Positions 1 through 11,194 are shown, numbered from the stretch's first letter. The stretch is 64,000 bases of DNA from Dehalococcoidia bacterium (GCA_965220205.1 OZ244812.1:1320261-1384260); one strand, 5' to 3'. Notes: generated from the sequence alone by a model not told the origin. Program-made: numbers and translations.

Positions 1-1692
1 GCCTTGGAGAGCCGTGGCATCCCCTACCGGACTCCGGCGGGCGCCGGATTCTTCACCCGTCAGGAGGTCCGCGACCTCACGAACCTCCTCGGCTGGCTGG
101 CCGAGCCGGACGACACTATCGCGCTGGTGGGCGCGCTGCGCTCGCCGCTCTTCATGATCGACGACCAGTCGCTGCTGGCCCTCCGGTCCGACCGCGACCT
201 GCTGGCTGCGCTCCACGATCCGCCACGGGGCGTCCTCGACGAGGCTCGGCGGTTCTGCGCGCACGCGGCCGCCGTGCTCGACGAGCTTCGGCGCGACGCT
301 TCGACCGCCGCCGCGGAGACGCTCATCGAGAAGGCGCTTTCTCTCACCGGGTTCGAGGCGGCTTGGGCGCCGCTGCAAGGCGGCGATCAGGCGCTCGCCA
401 ACATACGCAAATTTGTCGCTCTCGCTCGCACGCTGGCCGACCACTCGCTGGACCAGTTCGTGACCTACGTGCGCCGCCGCCGCGACGAGCTCGACGCCCG
501 CGAGGGGCAGGCGGTCCTGGACGCGTCGGACGCGGTGCGCTTGATGACCGTCCACGGCGCCAAGGGCCTCGAGTTTCCCATCGTGTTCGTCCCGGAGGCC
601 CACCTGCCGTCGCGGGCGGACTACGACTACGTGCGCTGGCGCAGTGGGGAGGGCGTATCTATAACTCTCGCCAGGGAAATCGGAGACAGCGCCCGCCCTC
701 GCCCCGGGTTCTACGACTACCTGCTACAGCAGGACCGGGCGGAGGAAGCGGCCGAGCACAAGCGCCTGTTCTACGTTGCCGCGACACGCGCGGCCGATGC
801 GCTGTACGTCAGCGGGGACGAGAGGACCAGCGGCGACGGCTGGCTCGCCGCCGCTGTCGAAGCGTTGGGAACGGCCCCGCGGGAGGGCGTGGAGGTCCGG
901 TCGCCGCTGACCGTCGAACCGGGCGCAACGGCCCGCAGGTCGGCGCCGGCGACTCTCGCGCCGCCCTCGCCCGGTGATGAAGAGGAGTTCGAGCCGCCGC
1001 TCGTCGCCCGCCCGCGTGTAATCCCCTTGCGTTCGAGTACGCCGGCGACCGCCCTGCGGCCCCCAGCGGGGCCACGCGCTTTCGACCGCCATGGGGACGG
1101 CCTCGCCCTCGTCAGGGGCAACCTCGCGCACAAGGCCATCGAACTCTGGTTTACAACCGGGACGCGCCCCGCGCTTGCCGATCTGATCCGGCGGATAGAT
1201 GCGGGCCTGGGCGATCAGGCGGCCGGGCGCGTGGCCGGCGACGTCGACGGGATGCTGGACCGGTTCGACGCAAGCCCGCTTGCCGCAACGCTGCGCCATA
1301 GGGACACGCTCTCGTACTTCGAGCTGCCCTTCTCGTGGGACTGGGACGGCGTGCCGGTGCACGGAACGATCGATCTGGCCTACCGAAGCGCGGGGAACTG
1401 GCGCGTGCTCGACTTCAAGACCGACGACCTCCGGGACAAGTCGCTGCCCGAGGCTGCCGCCCCCTACCTTCCGCAGCTCGCCCTCTACGCCTCCGCATTG
1501 GAACGCGCAACAGGCCAGAGCCCGTCAGCGGGCCTGTTGTTCCTGCGCACCGGGGACGTCTACAGCCCTACGCCCGAAGATCTGGGCAAGGCCCTTACAA
1601 CCACCCGGGCGCGTATCGCCGCGGGGCAGGCGCTCGAGGACCCGCCGCCCTCGCCGCTCGACGATTCAGCGACGCTGTACGGGGATACGTGA
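1..1692 (+). CDS. AddA/UvrD-family ATP-dependent helicase-nuclease, C-terminal part (5' end outside window)
   Basis: Helicase motifs LMTVHGAKGLEFPIV and RLFYVAATRA. C-terminal PD-(D/E)xK nuclease with RGNLAH, GTIDL, LDFKT and QLALY. Confidence 0.9.
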   Translation, partial: ALESRGIPYRTPAGAGFFTRQEVRDLTNLLGWLAEPDDTIALVGALRSPLFMIDDQSLLALRSDRDLLAALHDPPRGVLDEARRFCAHAAAVLDELRRDASTAAAETLIEKALSLTGFEAAWAPLQGGDQALANIRKFVALARTLADHSLDQFVTYVRRRRDELDAREGQAVLDASDAVRLMTVHGAKGLEFPIVFVPEAHLPSRADYDYVRWRSGEGVSITLAREIGDSARPRPGFYDYLLQQDRAEEAAEHKRLFYVAATRAADALYVSGDERTSGDGWLAAAVEALGTAPREGVEVRSPLTVEPGATARRSAPATLAPPSPGDEEEFEPPLVARPRVIPLRSSTPATALRPPAGPRAFDRHGDGLALVRGNLAHKAIELWFTTGTRPALADLIRRIDAGLGDQAAGRVAGDVDGMLDRFDASPLAATLRHRDTLSYFELPFSWDWDGVPVHGTIDLAYRSAGNWRVLDFKTDDLRDKSLPEAAAPYLPQLALYASALERATGQSPSAGLLFLRTGDVYSPTPEDLGKALTTTRARIAAGQALEDPPPSPLDDSATLYGDT

Positions 1693-1719
1693 GCAGGGGC
1701 AACGGAACGGAGCGCTCCG

Positions 1720-2238
1720 CTAGAACAGCTCAAGCAGCCCAAAGCGGGCAGCTGCGATGAGGACCACGGCGAGAACCGCGAGCACGGCAACGACGGTCCT
1801 GCGATTGGGGCGCCAACCGCGTTGATTGCGGTCAATTCTCCTGCGGTGCAACCGGCGCACCGCGCGCGACGCTGGGACGCGCAGGGTCTCCTCCGAGAAC
1901 TCCACCTGGGCTATCGGCCGCACGGGGACGTTGCCATCCTTGGGCATGAACCGCCGGTACCGGCGCCGGAACTCCTTGTCGGTCTGGATGCCCTTTCGCA
2001 TGTTGCAGGCAACGCAGAGGAGCTGTAGATTAGCCGTCTCACTGCGGCCGCCCCGGATCACTGGCTTCTTATGGTCAATCTCCATGTACCGGATCTGCTG
2101 GGCTCGGCCGCAGTAGCAACACCTGCCCCCTTGCGCATCGAATAGCGCAGCTTTGACGTGATCGGGGAAGACGACTCTTCCCGTCTCTGGAGTCTCGGGC
2201 CCGTCGCCCCGTCTCATCTTGGCTCTAGCTCGATGCAC
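1720..2238 (-). CDS. HNH endonuclease with C-terminal transmembrane helix
   Basis: CCYCG...IDHKKPVIRGG...NLQLLCVACNMRKG is a Zn-binding HNH motif. Hydrophobic tail TVVAVLAVLAVVLIAAARFGLLELF. Confidence 0.8.
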   Translation of the reverse strand: MHRARAKMRRGDGPETPETGRVVFPDHVKAALFDAQGGRCCYCGRAQQIRYMEIDHKKPVIRGGRSETANLQLLCVACNMRKGIQTDKEFRRRYRRFMPKDGNVPVRPIAQVEFSEETLRVPASRAVRRLHRRRIDRNQRGWRPNRRTVVAVLAVLAVVLIAAARFGLLELF

Positions 2239-2600
2239 CTACGCTCATGCCCAGTATCATATCCCTATCTCTAGCCTCGCACAGCCGCGGCCGTGACCGG
2301 CTCGGCGTCCTGCTCGCAGGACCAGGCTCCTAGCCCGACCCCAACGCCATCGGAGAAGGCCCCAGCACCGGCCCCCGGAATCTGGTAGTCCGTCCCAAAC
2401 CTGGGGCACGGAACGGAGAACAGGCATGCATCTCGCTGTCGGCGGAACGGCGCTGCTGCACACCGACGGCTCGTTCGTCACGGAGCTTCATATCGCCGCA
2501 GCTCCGGCAGCGGTCATGTAGGGGACCGGCGCAGGTAGGTTCTCTAGTCGGGACGGTCATCGCCGCCAGAATGAGCCAATCAGCGGCAGAACGCCGGAAG

Positions 2601-3116
2601 TTACTTTGCCTCCTCAGCGAATGTGATTTTCCATTCTCCCGCTGCCTCCCGGAAGGCCATGAGAATGCGGCGCTCGCCCAGGGGCTCCTTCATGGTCAGA
2701 TACATCTCCCGTTCGGCGGGCCCGACTATCCACGGAGGGGACTCTTCGCTCACCCCCAGCTTTACGCCAAACAGCTTGATCCTCGCTATCTCCCCGCGGA
2801 CTGTTTCATCCCTCTGCTGGCGGTAGTCTTCTTCCAGATACGCCAACGTCCTGTCGGCATCGTAGGAGTTGAAGGCGTCCCAATAGGCAAAGGCGAGCTG
2901 CCTGAGAGCGTCTGCCTCTTGGGAATCATCTACGGGCCCGGGAGTCGGCGTGGGGGTTGGCGAGCTCTCGCAGGCGACGCCGATGACGACCAGGGCCGCT
3001 AACGCGCCGGGGATTGCCCACCGTCCCAGCATCGTTCTCAACACATCTCCGAGGCGAACCGAACGGCCGGTGCGGTCTCTTTCAACCCAGGCATATCTTG
3101 CGATTGCGAGCAGCAT
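2601..3116 (-). CDS. Putative lipoprotein, NTF2/SnoaL-like fold; true start probably internal (MLGRW, ~3032)
   Basis: Lipobox-like LVVIGVAC, a PTPTP linker, then the pattern YWDAFNSYD...GEWKI. Confidence 0.55.
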   Translation of the reverse strand: MLLAIARYAWVERDRTGRSVRLGDVLRTMLGRWAIPGALAALVVIGVACESSPTPTPTPGPVDDSQEADALRQLAFAYWDAFNSYDADRTLAYLEEDYRQQRDETVRGEIARIKLFGVKLGVSEESPPWIVGPAEREMYLTMKEPLGERRILMAFREAAGEWKITFAEEAK

Positions 3117-3221
3117 ATTCGCGAGCTTTGACCTCTGTCAAACAAACGCGGTCGTAGTTCTGCAATTGAGACCCCTTTCGACCGTTCAGAGAGACATCAC
3201 ATTACGAGGAGGCAGGCAATT

Positions 3222-5639
3222 TCATTGCATGCTAAACACACTGTCTTGCATGCCGGGAATGCTGAGGTTCTGGATGCGTCGGTCTTCCAAGGGCGGCGTC
3301 TCGGCCCGACCGAAGGCAGTCTCGGCGTAGAAGCGCGCCAGGTACGCCAACAGGGCGTCCTGTTCCGCGCCCTGACCCGCGAAGACGGCGAGGTCAGGGT
3401 CGACTGGCGGCGGCCCGTCCAATACGCCGTTTCCGTTGGTGTCCGGGAAGTCTGGGTTTGGCGCGTTGATCTGACCGGCTTCACCAGCAGGTCAACTCGA
3501 CCAGCGCTCGGAACGGGGAACGGATAGCCGTCGCCGCCGTTGGCGAGGAAGTTCAGCGTGACCATCTTCGTCTGCCGCTCGGGGTCGCCTACCAAGACGC
3601 CATCCTCCACCACTCGATCGACTATCCCGCCGGCGGCCTCCACGATCGCCAGGGAACGGACTCGCTCGCCGGACGGTTGTGTGGGATCGAAGCTGAAGTG
3701 CATGCCGCCCACCTGAGGGAAACGGCCGACGGTTGCCTCGCCGACGCCCTCGAAACCGATGCCGTGCTCCATGATTCCGACGAGCTGCCGCGCGGTCAGC
3801 GGAAGTATCACCAGTCCGTTGTTGAAGCGCAGAGCGCCTTCTATGTCGAACCGCGAGATGTCGCCTTCTTCCTTGCCTGCGTCCGGATTGGCCGGCGGCG
3901 GAAGGAGCGTCACATCTGCCGGACTCGTCGTCCCGGCAGGCTGGACTACGAGACCAATGCTGCTACGAATGCCTCCGCCGTTCTTCAACGAGACCGCTAC
4001 ATCAGCGTCAATCTGCCTGGCGAACCACAGGCTGGCGTCGGCGGCGAGGTTGCCCAGGTTCGTCTCCTGCGTGCGTACGTCTCCCCTGTCGCCGGCCAGG
4101 TAGACACTGGTCTTACCGACAGTAGTACCGTCGCGATCTCGGAGCACGAGTCGCAGGGACTGGGCGATCCGAGTCACTTCGGGAATCGGCCGGCCCGCGA
4201 ACGCCTGACCGCCCTGCCTGTCCGTGGCGTAGGACCCGCTGACGTGAGGGTCGACGGACTCGGGCAGCGCCAGCCCTCGCTCGTCGAAGTCGACCACCAA
4301 TCGCCCCAGGTACCGGTAGTCGCCGTCGGTGTTGACTAGGAGCAGCGGCTCCCCCTTGGGGGACTCGAAGAGCAGCGGATAGACGTCTGCAGCTTCGTCT
4401 CCGGGGCGCAGGCAGTCGGTGACGTCAGCGAGAAGGGTGTTCGAACCCCCAGCGACGACGATATCGACATCCACCAGCTTCGTCGCCAACTCCTTCTCGA
4501 GGTCGATCTGCTGCATATGCGCCAGCAAGATGACCTTGTTGACGCCCTGGCCGACGAGACCGTTCACCTCATGCTGAAATGATCCCCGTCAGCTCGTCGA
4601 TGTCATCGCTGGCCGGCAGGACGGAGATTCCGCCTATGCCCGTTAGGACCTCCAGGGCTGGAGTAGTCGCGCCGACGATTCCGATCCGCTCGCCGTCGAC
4701 AGTGATAACCGCACTCTTCGCGAGGCCGCTCGCCATAAGCGCGGCTTCCTGGCCACTGGGAACGACCATATCTGCGAGGTTCTCATCATCCGCGAACACC
4801 AAATTGCTGGACAGATAGGGGAACATGGCGCCTGCATAGACGCCCTCGTCGTTGGCTTCGAAGCCTATCGTTGCGGCGAACGCTGCCGTCCCGCGGTCCA
4901 ACTCGTGGTTGCCCATTGCCGACGCCTGGAAGCCCATTGCGTTGAGGAGAGCGATGTCCCCGCGACCGGCCCCTGATACACCGAGGACAGGGTCGTTCGC
5001 GTCGTCATCGGCGGCGAAGTAGCGCGGCCCCGGAACGTAGTTGTCTCCTGAGCTCAGAACGAGAGTGTTGCCGGGGAACTGCATCCGGAAGCCGTCCAGG
5101 ACTGCCGAGAAGTTCTCGACGTTCGTCAGCGCCCCAACAGAGCCGTCCATGCCCGAGGCGTGAAGCAGCTGCAAAGTGAACACTTCCTCATCCGGCTTCC
5201 GCAATTCGGCCGCAAGCGCGTCGAGTTCGGCTTCCAATTCGTTGACCCGCCTGATTAGCTCATTGGTCACTCCGGCGTGTCGTTCGTCGACAGTGCCGCC
5301 GAGAGACGTCACTTTCTGCTCTAGCTCGGCTGTTGCTCCCGCGATGGAGTCGAGAGCTTCGGACAGTGTCATAAGCTGACTTGATATGTCTCCTGCGGAC
5401 TGTCCATTGCCCTCCGTCCTCAGAGCCAAGTTCGCCACATCTAGTCTGAGGGATTCAATCTCTTGTTGCAGCGAGTCGACTGCAGTTCGCAATTCCGCTA
5501 CATCGTTCGTTTCCTGGCCGCCGCAAGATGCCAAGAATAGGAGGGCCATTAGCGCCACCCCATGCCACCACAGGCGTCTTCTCAACATTCGTTCTCCCGC
5601 AATATGTCTGCGCGTCAGGAGTAGAACAGCGGCACTCAT
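3222..5639 (-). pseudogene. Lipoprotein bifunctional metallophosphatase/5'-nucleotidase split by two 1-bp frameshifts
   Basis: SSGDN, GNHELD, LSSNL, QETNLGNL, KNGGGIR and FLANGGDGY motifs are spread over three ORFs. An extra T at ~4577 (restores ...IIQHEVNG) and a missing G at ~3488 (restores ...DLAGEAG...DTNGNGVLD...EQDAL) join them. Confidence 0.85.
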
Positions 5640-5824
5640 TTGGGCGGTCTCAAGTTCAGAACGCAGGCCAAAGTGAGACGTCGGCGATCATAACCTGGCC
5701 TTTCGATGTTGGTCAATCCCAGACATCTCCAACAATAGACTCGATTCGCTCGTACATCACTCTTCTTGTACGTCTTGACCGTCAGCACAATTCGCCGTGA
5801 AGTGTCGAAAGCATGTCAAATCAA

Positions 5825-6244
5825 TAGGCTGACGCCCACCATGAAGAATGTTCGATGCTGTGCGTTTACGGCGTGCATGAGTGGGAGGGCGGGCTATGCG
5901 CGATACGACGGACCAGCAGATCGCGGGCTTCATCGCCCTCACCCCGGACGAACTCGCCCCGGAGAACCATCCGGTCCGGCGCATCGAGTCGCTGGCCAGG
6001 CCGACGCCTCCGATATCTCTCGCCCTCCCTCCCCGCATGGACACCACGGTGGGCAAGCCGTCGGTCCCCATTCCGGCGGCGGCCGCCGCCTAGTAGCCGA
6101 TGGCCCTCCAGCAGCGCTTGGACGGCCTCACGAACGGAGCAACCCGCGCCTCTCAGCCCTCAATCGGCATCCGCGGCCGCGCGAGTCTTCGCCCCGCCCG
6201 GCCCCGACGGTCGCCCGACGCCGTATTCTTCATCAGCCTGTTAG
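5825..6244 (+). mobile_element. Degenerate, internally deleted IS (IS5/IS1182-like) remnant
   Basis: ORF 5881-6093 starts like a transposase N-terminus (MRDTTDQQ..TPDELAPENHPVRRI). The right end ATTCTTCATCAGCCTGTTAG matches the left end TAGGCTGA[9 bp]TGAAGAAT as an inverted repeat, similar to the MITE ends at 44170-44349. Confidence 0.6.
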
Positions 6245-6318
6245 ACTATCCTGACTGCCGTGGCGTTCTCGGCTATGGCGTCTAGGGGCGGCCGACGGAG
6301 GCGCTAGGAGAGTTTCCA

Positions 6319-8235
6319 ATGTCCAGCCAGCTGTTGGACCAGATTGATGGGCCGAGCGATCTGAAGGCGCTGACCCACGAGGAGCTGACGCAGGTCGCCC
6401 AAGAAGTGCGTGACACCATCATCTCCGTGATAACGGAGCGCGGCGGCCACTTGGCCTCGAACCTCGGCGTCGTTGAGCTCACCCTGGCCCTCCACTGCGT
6501 CTTCGACAGCCCCATCGACCGCATCGTCTGGGACACGACCAACCAGTGCTACGCCCACAAGCTGGTGACGGGCCGGCGCGACGCGTTCAAGAACATCCGC
6601 CTCGAGGGCGGACTCTCCGGGTTCGGCGAGCCGAGCGAGAGCCCCCACGACACCCTCGCCGCCGGCCACGCCGGCACCGGCCTCTCGATTGCCCTCGGCG
6701 TCGCCCAAGGCGCCGCGAGCCGCGGCGTGGACTCCTGGACCATCGCCGTGGTCGGCGACGGCGCCATGACCTCCGGCTCCAGCTTCGAGGCCCTCAACAA
6801 CATCGTCCATCTCCACCCCAACAAGTTCATCGTCGTGCTCAACGACAACGGGATGTCCATCTCCGAGAACATCGGCTTCCTCACCAACTGGCGCAAGCGC
6901 GTCATCACCCATCCCGAATACCAAGCCATGATCGGACGCATGCGCGCCCTCTCCAAGCGCGTCCCCACCGGCGACATGGTCTACCGACTCGTCAAACGGT
7001 TCGGCAGCGGGCTCGACAGCATCATCGTGCCCACCACCTTCTGGACCGAGATCGGCCTCCAATACCTCGGCCCCGTCGACGGCCACGACTTCAAGCAGCT
7101 CGAAGAGACACTCCGTCAGGCCAAGGCCTCCACCGGCCTCGTCCCCCTGGTCCACATCGTCACCCACAAGGGACACGGCTACGAGCCCGCCGAGGACGAC
7201 CCCATCAAGTTCCACCAGCCAAGCTCTCCCCTGGGGACCTCGTCCGGCGCTCCCACCTACTCCAAGGTCTTCGCGCAGACCATCCAACGACTCATGCGCG
7301 ACGACCCCGCCGTCGTCGGCATCTCCGCGGCCATGCTCGAGGGCACGGGGCTCGAGGAGGTGCGCCGCGAGTTCCCCGACCGGGTCTTCGACGTCGGCAT
7401 CGCGGAGCAGCACGCCGTCAGCATGGCCGCGGGCATGGCCTCCGCCGGCCTCACTCCTTTCGTCTCCATCTACTCCACCTTCCTCCAGCGGGCCCTCGAT
7501 CAGGTCATCCACGACGTCTGCCTCCAGGACCTGCCCGTGACCCTCATCGCCGACCGCGCCGGCATCGTCGGCGAGGACGGCAAGTCCCACCACGGCGCTT
7601 TCGACATCTCCTACCTGCGGTGCATCCCCAACGCCGTCGTCGCCGTCCCGACGGACGAGAACGACCTGCAACACCTCGTCTACACCGCCTACCGGCACCC
7701 GGGCCCCTTCGTCATCCGCATACCCCGGGGCCCCGCCACCGGCGCGCCGCTCGACAAGGAGCTCCGGCAGCTCCCCCTCGGACGCGGGGCCGTCGTCCGG
7801 GAGGGACGGGACGTCGTAATCTTCGCGCTGGGCAAGCCGGGCGACGCGGCCGTGGAAGCGGCGGACCAGCTCGCCGGCTACGGCATCGTCTGCGGCGTCG
7901 TGAACCCGCGCTTCGTCAAGCCCCTCGACGTCGACCTGCTGCTGGACGCCGCCCGCAGCACGCGCCGCATCGTCACCGTGGAGGAGAACGTGCTCGCCGG
8001 CGGATTCGGCTCCGCCGTGCTCGAGGCGCTCGCCGAGGCCGGGATGGAGGACGTGTCCGTCCACCGCATCGGCTTCCCCGACTCGTTCATCGAGCACAGC
8101 ACCGCGGACGCCCAGCGGCGGCGGCTGGAGCTGGACGCGGACGGCATCGCCCAGCAGGTCCTGCGCGCGTTCTTCCCGGGCGCGTCGCCGCAGGGGAATC
8201 GCAGCCCGGCTGATCGAGAAGCCGCGACCGGATAG
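6319..8235 (+). CDS. dxs: 1-deoxy-D-xylulose-5-phosphate synthase
   Basis: GGHLASNLGVVELT, GDGAMTSG..FEALNN, YLGPVDGH, DVGIAEQHAV, IYSTFLQRA and DRAG motifs; RBS AGGAG. Confidence 0.97.
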   Translation: MSSQLLDQIDGPSDLKALTHEELTQVAQEVRDTIISVITERGGHLASNLGVVELTLALHCVFDSPIDRIVWDTTNQCYAHKLVTGRRDAFKNIRLEGGLSGFGEPSESPHDTLAAGHAGTGLSIALGVAQGAASRGVDSWTIAVVGDGAMTSGSSFEALNNIVHLHPNKFIVVLNDNGMSISENIGFLTNWRKRVITHPEYQAMIGRMRALSKRVPTGDMVYRLVKRFGSGLDSIIVPTTFWTEIGLQYLGPVDGHDFKQLEETLRQAKASTGLVPLVHIVTHKGHGYEPAEDDPIKFHQPSSPLGTSSGAPTYSKVFAQTIQRLMRDDPAVVGISAAMLEGTGLEEVRREFPDRVFDVGIAEQHAVSMAAGMASAGLTPFVSIYSTFLQRALDQVIHDVCLQDLPVTLIADRAGIVGEDGKSHHGAFDISYLRCIPNAVVAVPTDENDLQHLVYTAYRHPGPFVIRIPRGPATGAPLDKELRQLPLGRGAVVREGRDVVIFALGKPGDAAVEAADQLAGYGIVCGVVNPRFVKPLDVDLLLDAARSTRRIVTVEENVLAGGFGSAVLEALAEAGMEDVSVHRIGFPDSFIEHSTADAQRRRLELDADGIAQQVLRAFFPGASPQGNRSPADREAATG

Positions 8236-8258
8236 GCGGACGCGGTCTGGAGGACAGC

Positions 8259-9302
8259 GTGATCGTCTCCTCCGAACGCCGAATCTCGGCTCTCGTCGAG
8301 CGTTACATCGCCGACGTCAGGCAGCAGATCAGACGATCGGCGCCCGACTCCGAGACCGGCTTTTTCGGCGTGCTGCGCTACCACCTCGGGTGGCAGGACC
8401 GCGACGGCAAGCCCGCCGACGAGGACGCGGGCAAGGGGCTGCGCCCCACGCTCGTCCTCGCGTCCTGCGAGATCGCCGGCGGCGATTGGCATGACGCCCT
8501 CCCCGCCGCAGCGGCGCTGGAACTGGTCCACAACTTCTCGCTGCTCCACGACGACATCCAGGACCGCGACACGACGAGGCGCGGCCGTGCGACAGCGTGG
8601 ACGGTGTTCGGCGTTCACGAGGCCATCGCCGCCGGGAACGCTATGCGCGTCGTCGCCGACCAGACCCTCCAAGCGCTGTCGGAGACCGGCCTCCCGGCGT
8701 CCACCGTCACGGCGGCGTCCGTCGCGCTGACGTCGCGCTACCTCGAGATGATCGAGGGCCAATACCTGGATTTGTCCTTCGAGGACTCCGACGACGTTAC
8801 GACCGACGCCTACCTTGACATGATCTCGCGTAAGACGGGCGCGCTCATCGACGGCGCCATGTACATCGGCTCGCTGGTGGCCACCGGCGACGCAAAGACA
8901 GCGGCGGCGTTCGGCGCTTGCGGCCGGAGGCTTGGCCTGGCGTTCCAGGTGCGCGACGACCTGCTCGGCATCTGGGGCGACCCCGCGGCGACGGGCAAGC
9001 CGGTCGGTTCCGACATCAGGAACAAGAAGAAGAGCATGCCCATCGTCTACCTGTTCCAGCAGGCGGACGCCGCGCAGCGCGAATGGCTCCGGACTGCCTA
9101 CGCCGCGGAGGAGGTGGCGGGCGACGACGTCGAGCGGGTCCTCACCCTGCTGGCCGATCTCGACGCCCAGACGTTCGTTCAGCAGACCGCGGCCCGCCAG
9201 GCCGCCGGCGCGATGGACGCGCTCGACGGGCTCCCGCTCGCGCCCGAGGCGAGGGAGAGCATCCAAGCGATGGCGGACTATTTCGTCACGCGCGACAAGT
9301 AA
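8259..9302 (+). CDS. Short-chain polyprenyl (FPP/GGPP) synthase
   Basis: GKGLRP, FARM FSLLHDDIQD..RRGR, GQYLD, KTGAL and SARM FQVRDDLLG. Confidence 0.93.
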   Translation: MIVSSERRISALVERYIADVRQQIRRSAPDSETGFFGVLRYHLGWQDRDGKPADEDAGKGLRPTLVLASCEIAGGDWHDALPAAAALELVHNFSLLHDDIQDRDTTRRGRATAWTVFGVHEAIAAGNAMRVVADQTLQALSETGLPASTVTAASVALTSRYLEMIEGQYLDLSFEDSDDVTTDAYLDMISRKTGALIDGAMYIGSLVATGDAKTAAAFGACGRRLGLAFQVRDDLLGIWGDPAATGKPVGSDIRNKKKSMPIVYLFQQADAAQREWLRTAYAAEEVAGDDVERVLTLLADLDAQTFVQQTAARQAAGAMDALDGLPLAPEARESIQAMADYFVTRDK

Positions 9303-9434
9303 GGCATAATGCCTGCCGACGCACCTAGTGGGCGAGGGTGGTGAAGAGGGGACTGCCTGCCTCACAGGCCTGAACGGTCTCCTCGTCCGTGCAGCACTCG
9401 CGAGGCCCTGGGCCCTGCCCTCGCCGGAGCAAGC

Positions 9435-10319
9435 GTGACAACGCATCGCGCCATCGGCGAGCCGCCCGGCCTTGACGAGGCGTACGCCTACTGCGAACGC
9501 TTGGCAAGGGCCCACTACGAGAACTTCACGGTCGGCTCGCTGCTGCTGCCGCGCGGAGTGAGGCCTTACTTCTACGCGGTCTACGCCTTTTGCCGCCAGA
9601 CCGACGACCTCGGCGACGAGGCCGCGGGCGACCGGCTGGCTCAGCTCCGCGAGTGGGAGGAGGCGCTCGTAGAGGCCTACGGCGGCCATTCGTCGCACCC
9701 CATCATCGTCGCGCTCCAGGACACCATTCGCCGGTTCAACATTCCCGAGACGCCGTTCCGCAAGCTCATCCAGGCGAACCGCATGGATCAGGGCGAGGTC
9801 CGATTCCCCACGTACGGCGACCTCCTGCACTACTGCGACCACTCGGCGAACCCTGTCGGGCGCATGGTGCTCTACGTGCTTGGCGACCGCTCCGAGGAAA
9901 GCCACCGGCTGTCCGACGCGACCTGCACCGCACTCCAGCTGGCCAACTTCTGGCAGGACGTGAAGCGGGACTACGACATGGGCCGCATCTACGTGCCGCT
10001 GGAGGACATGGAGCGCTTCGGCTACTCCGAGGAGGACCTGGCGGCGGGCGTGGTCAACGACAACCTACGCAAGCTGATGGCGTTCGAGGCGGACCGCGCC
10101 CAGCAGTTGTTCGAACAGGGCTACGCGCTCATCGAACGCCTCAATGGCCGGCCCAAGCTCGATATCGCTCTGTTCACCAAGGGCGGCTTGAGCGTCCTCG
10201 AATCCATACGCCGCCAGGACTACGACGTGCTGACGAACCGCCCTATCGTCACCCCCCGCCGCAAGTTGTGGCTCATGGCGTCCACGGCACTGCGGCTGGC
10301 GCTGCGGAGGGCTCCATGA
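9435..10319 (+). CDS. hpnC: Squalene synthase HpnC (hydroxysqualene synthase)
   Basis: HYENFTVGS, YAFCRQTDDLGDE, SANPVGR and LQLANFWQDV. Confidence 0.92.
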   Translation: MTTHRAIGEPPGLDEAYAYCERLARAHYENFTVGSLLLPRGVRPYFYAVYAFCRQTDDLGDEAAGDRLAQLREWEEALVEAYGGHSSHPIIVALQDTIRRFNIPETPFRKLIQANRMDQGEVRFPTYGDLLHYCDHSANPVGRMVLYVLGDRSEESHRLSDATCTALQLANFWQDVKRDYDMGRIYVPLEDMERFGYSEEDLAAGVVNDNLRKLMAFEADRAQQLFEQGYALIERLNGRPKLDIALFTKGGLSVLESIRRQDYDVLTNRPIVTPRRKLWLMASTALRLALRRAP

Positions 10320-11194
10320 CCACCGCTCCCGCTATCGCCGCTGCCTACGACTACTGCCAGGCGGTCACGAGGCGGGAGGCGCGCAACTTTTACTTCGCCT
10401 TCATCACTCTGCCCGCCCGGCGTCGCCGCGCCATCTACGCGGCGTACGCCTTCGCCAGGCTCGCCGACGACATCGCCGACGGCGATGCGTCGAGCTCCGA
10501 CAAGGCGGAGCAGCTTCGCGAGTTGCGCGCGGACCTCCGGCAGGCTTTCGCAGGACAGCCCCAAGGGCCCGTCCTAGTCGCGCTCACTCATGCGTCGGAC
10601 GAGTACGGCATCGACCCAGCACTCTTCGAGAGGCTCATCGACGGAGTCGAGATGGATCTCGCGCCGCGCCGCTACGAGACATTCGACGAGCTGCGCGACT
10701 ACTGCTACCACGTCGCGTCAGTGGTCGGCCTCATCTCTATCGAGATCTTCGGCTACGCCGACCCGCGAGCCCCTGCGGCAGCCGTGGACCTGGGCCTCGC
10801 CATGCAGCTCACCAACATCATGCGGGACATCAGCGAGGACGCCGATGCGGGCCGGGTCTATCTCCCCCAGGAGGACCTGAGGCGGTTCGGCTATACGGAG
10901 GACGACCTCATGCGGGGCCTCGTGAACGACGCCTTCGTCGGGCTGATGCGTTTCGAGGCGCAGCGCGCCCGCGAGTACTTCCAGTCGGGCGAGACGCTGC
11001 TGGGATACCTCTCGCCCCGGTCGCGCGCGTGCCCTGCGGTCCTCCATGGCCTCTATAGCCGGCTGCTCGACCGCATCGAGCAGCGTGGCTTCAACGTCTA
11101 CGGCGAGCGCGTGCGGCTCTCCTCTGGGGAGAAACTGCGTATTATGGCCAAGCTTTGGACAACAAGCCTGCTCCCACGCCACAATCCGAACTAG
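10316..11194 (+). CDS. hpnD: Presqualene diphosphate synthase HpnD
   Basis: The ATG overlaps the hpnC stop (ATGA). Motifs NFYFAF, ADDIAD, YCYHVASVVG and QLTNIMRDISED..GRVYLP. Confidence 0.9.
   Translation: MTTAPAIAAAYDYCQAVTRREARNFYFAFITLPARRRRAIYAAYAFARLADDIADGDASSSDKAEQLRELRADLRQAFAGQPQGPVLVALTHASDEYGIDPALFERLIDGVEMDLAPRRYETFDELRDYCYHVASVVGLISIEIFGYADPRAPAAAVDLGLAMQLTNIMRDISEDADAGRVYLPQEDLRRFGYTEDDLMRGLVNDAFVGLMRFEAQRAREYFQSGETLLGYLSPRSRACPAVLHGLYSRLLDRIEQRGFNVYGERVRLSSGEKLRIMAKLWTTSLLPRHNPN

Noticed and set aside
6304-9905. Long antisense or alternative-frame ORFs (e.g. 6304-8097, 7878-9905; also 30967-32529 and 16514-18364)
   Set aside because: These are shadow ORFs of high-GC genes. 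16514-18364 is IS antisense sequence joined to the real ATPase C-terminus.
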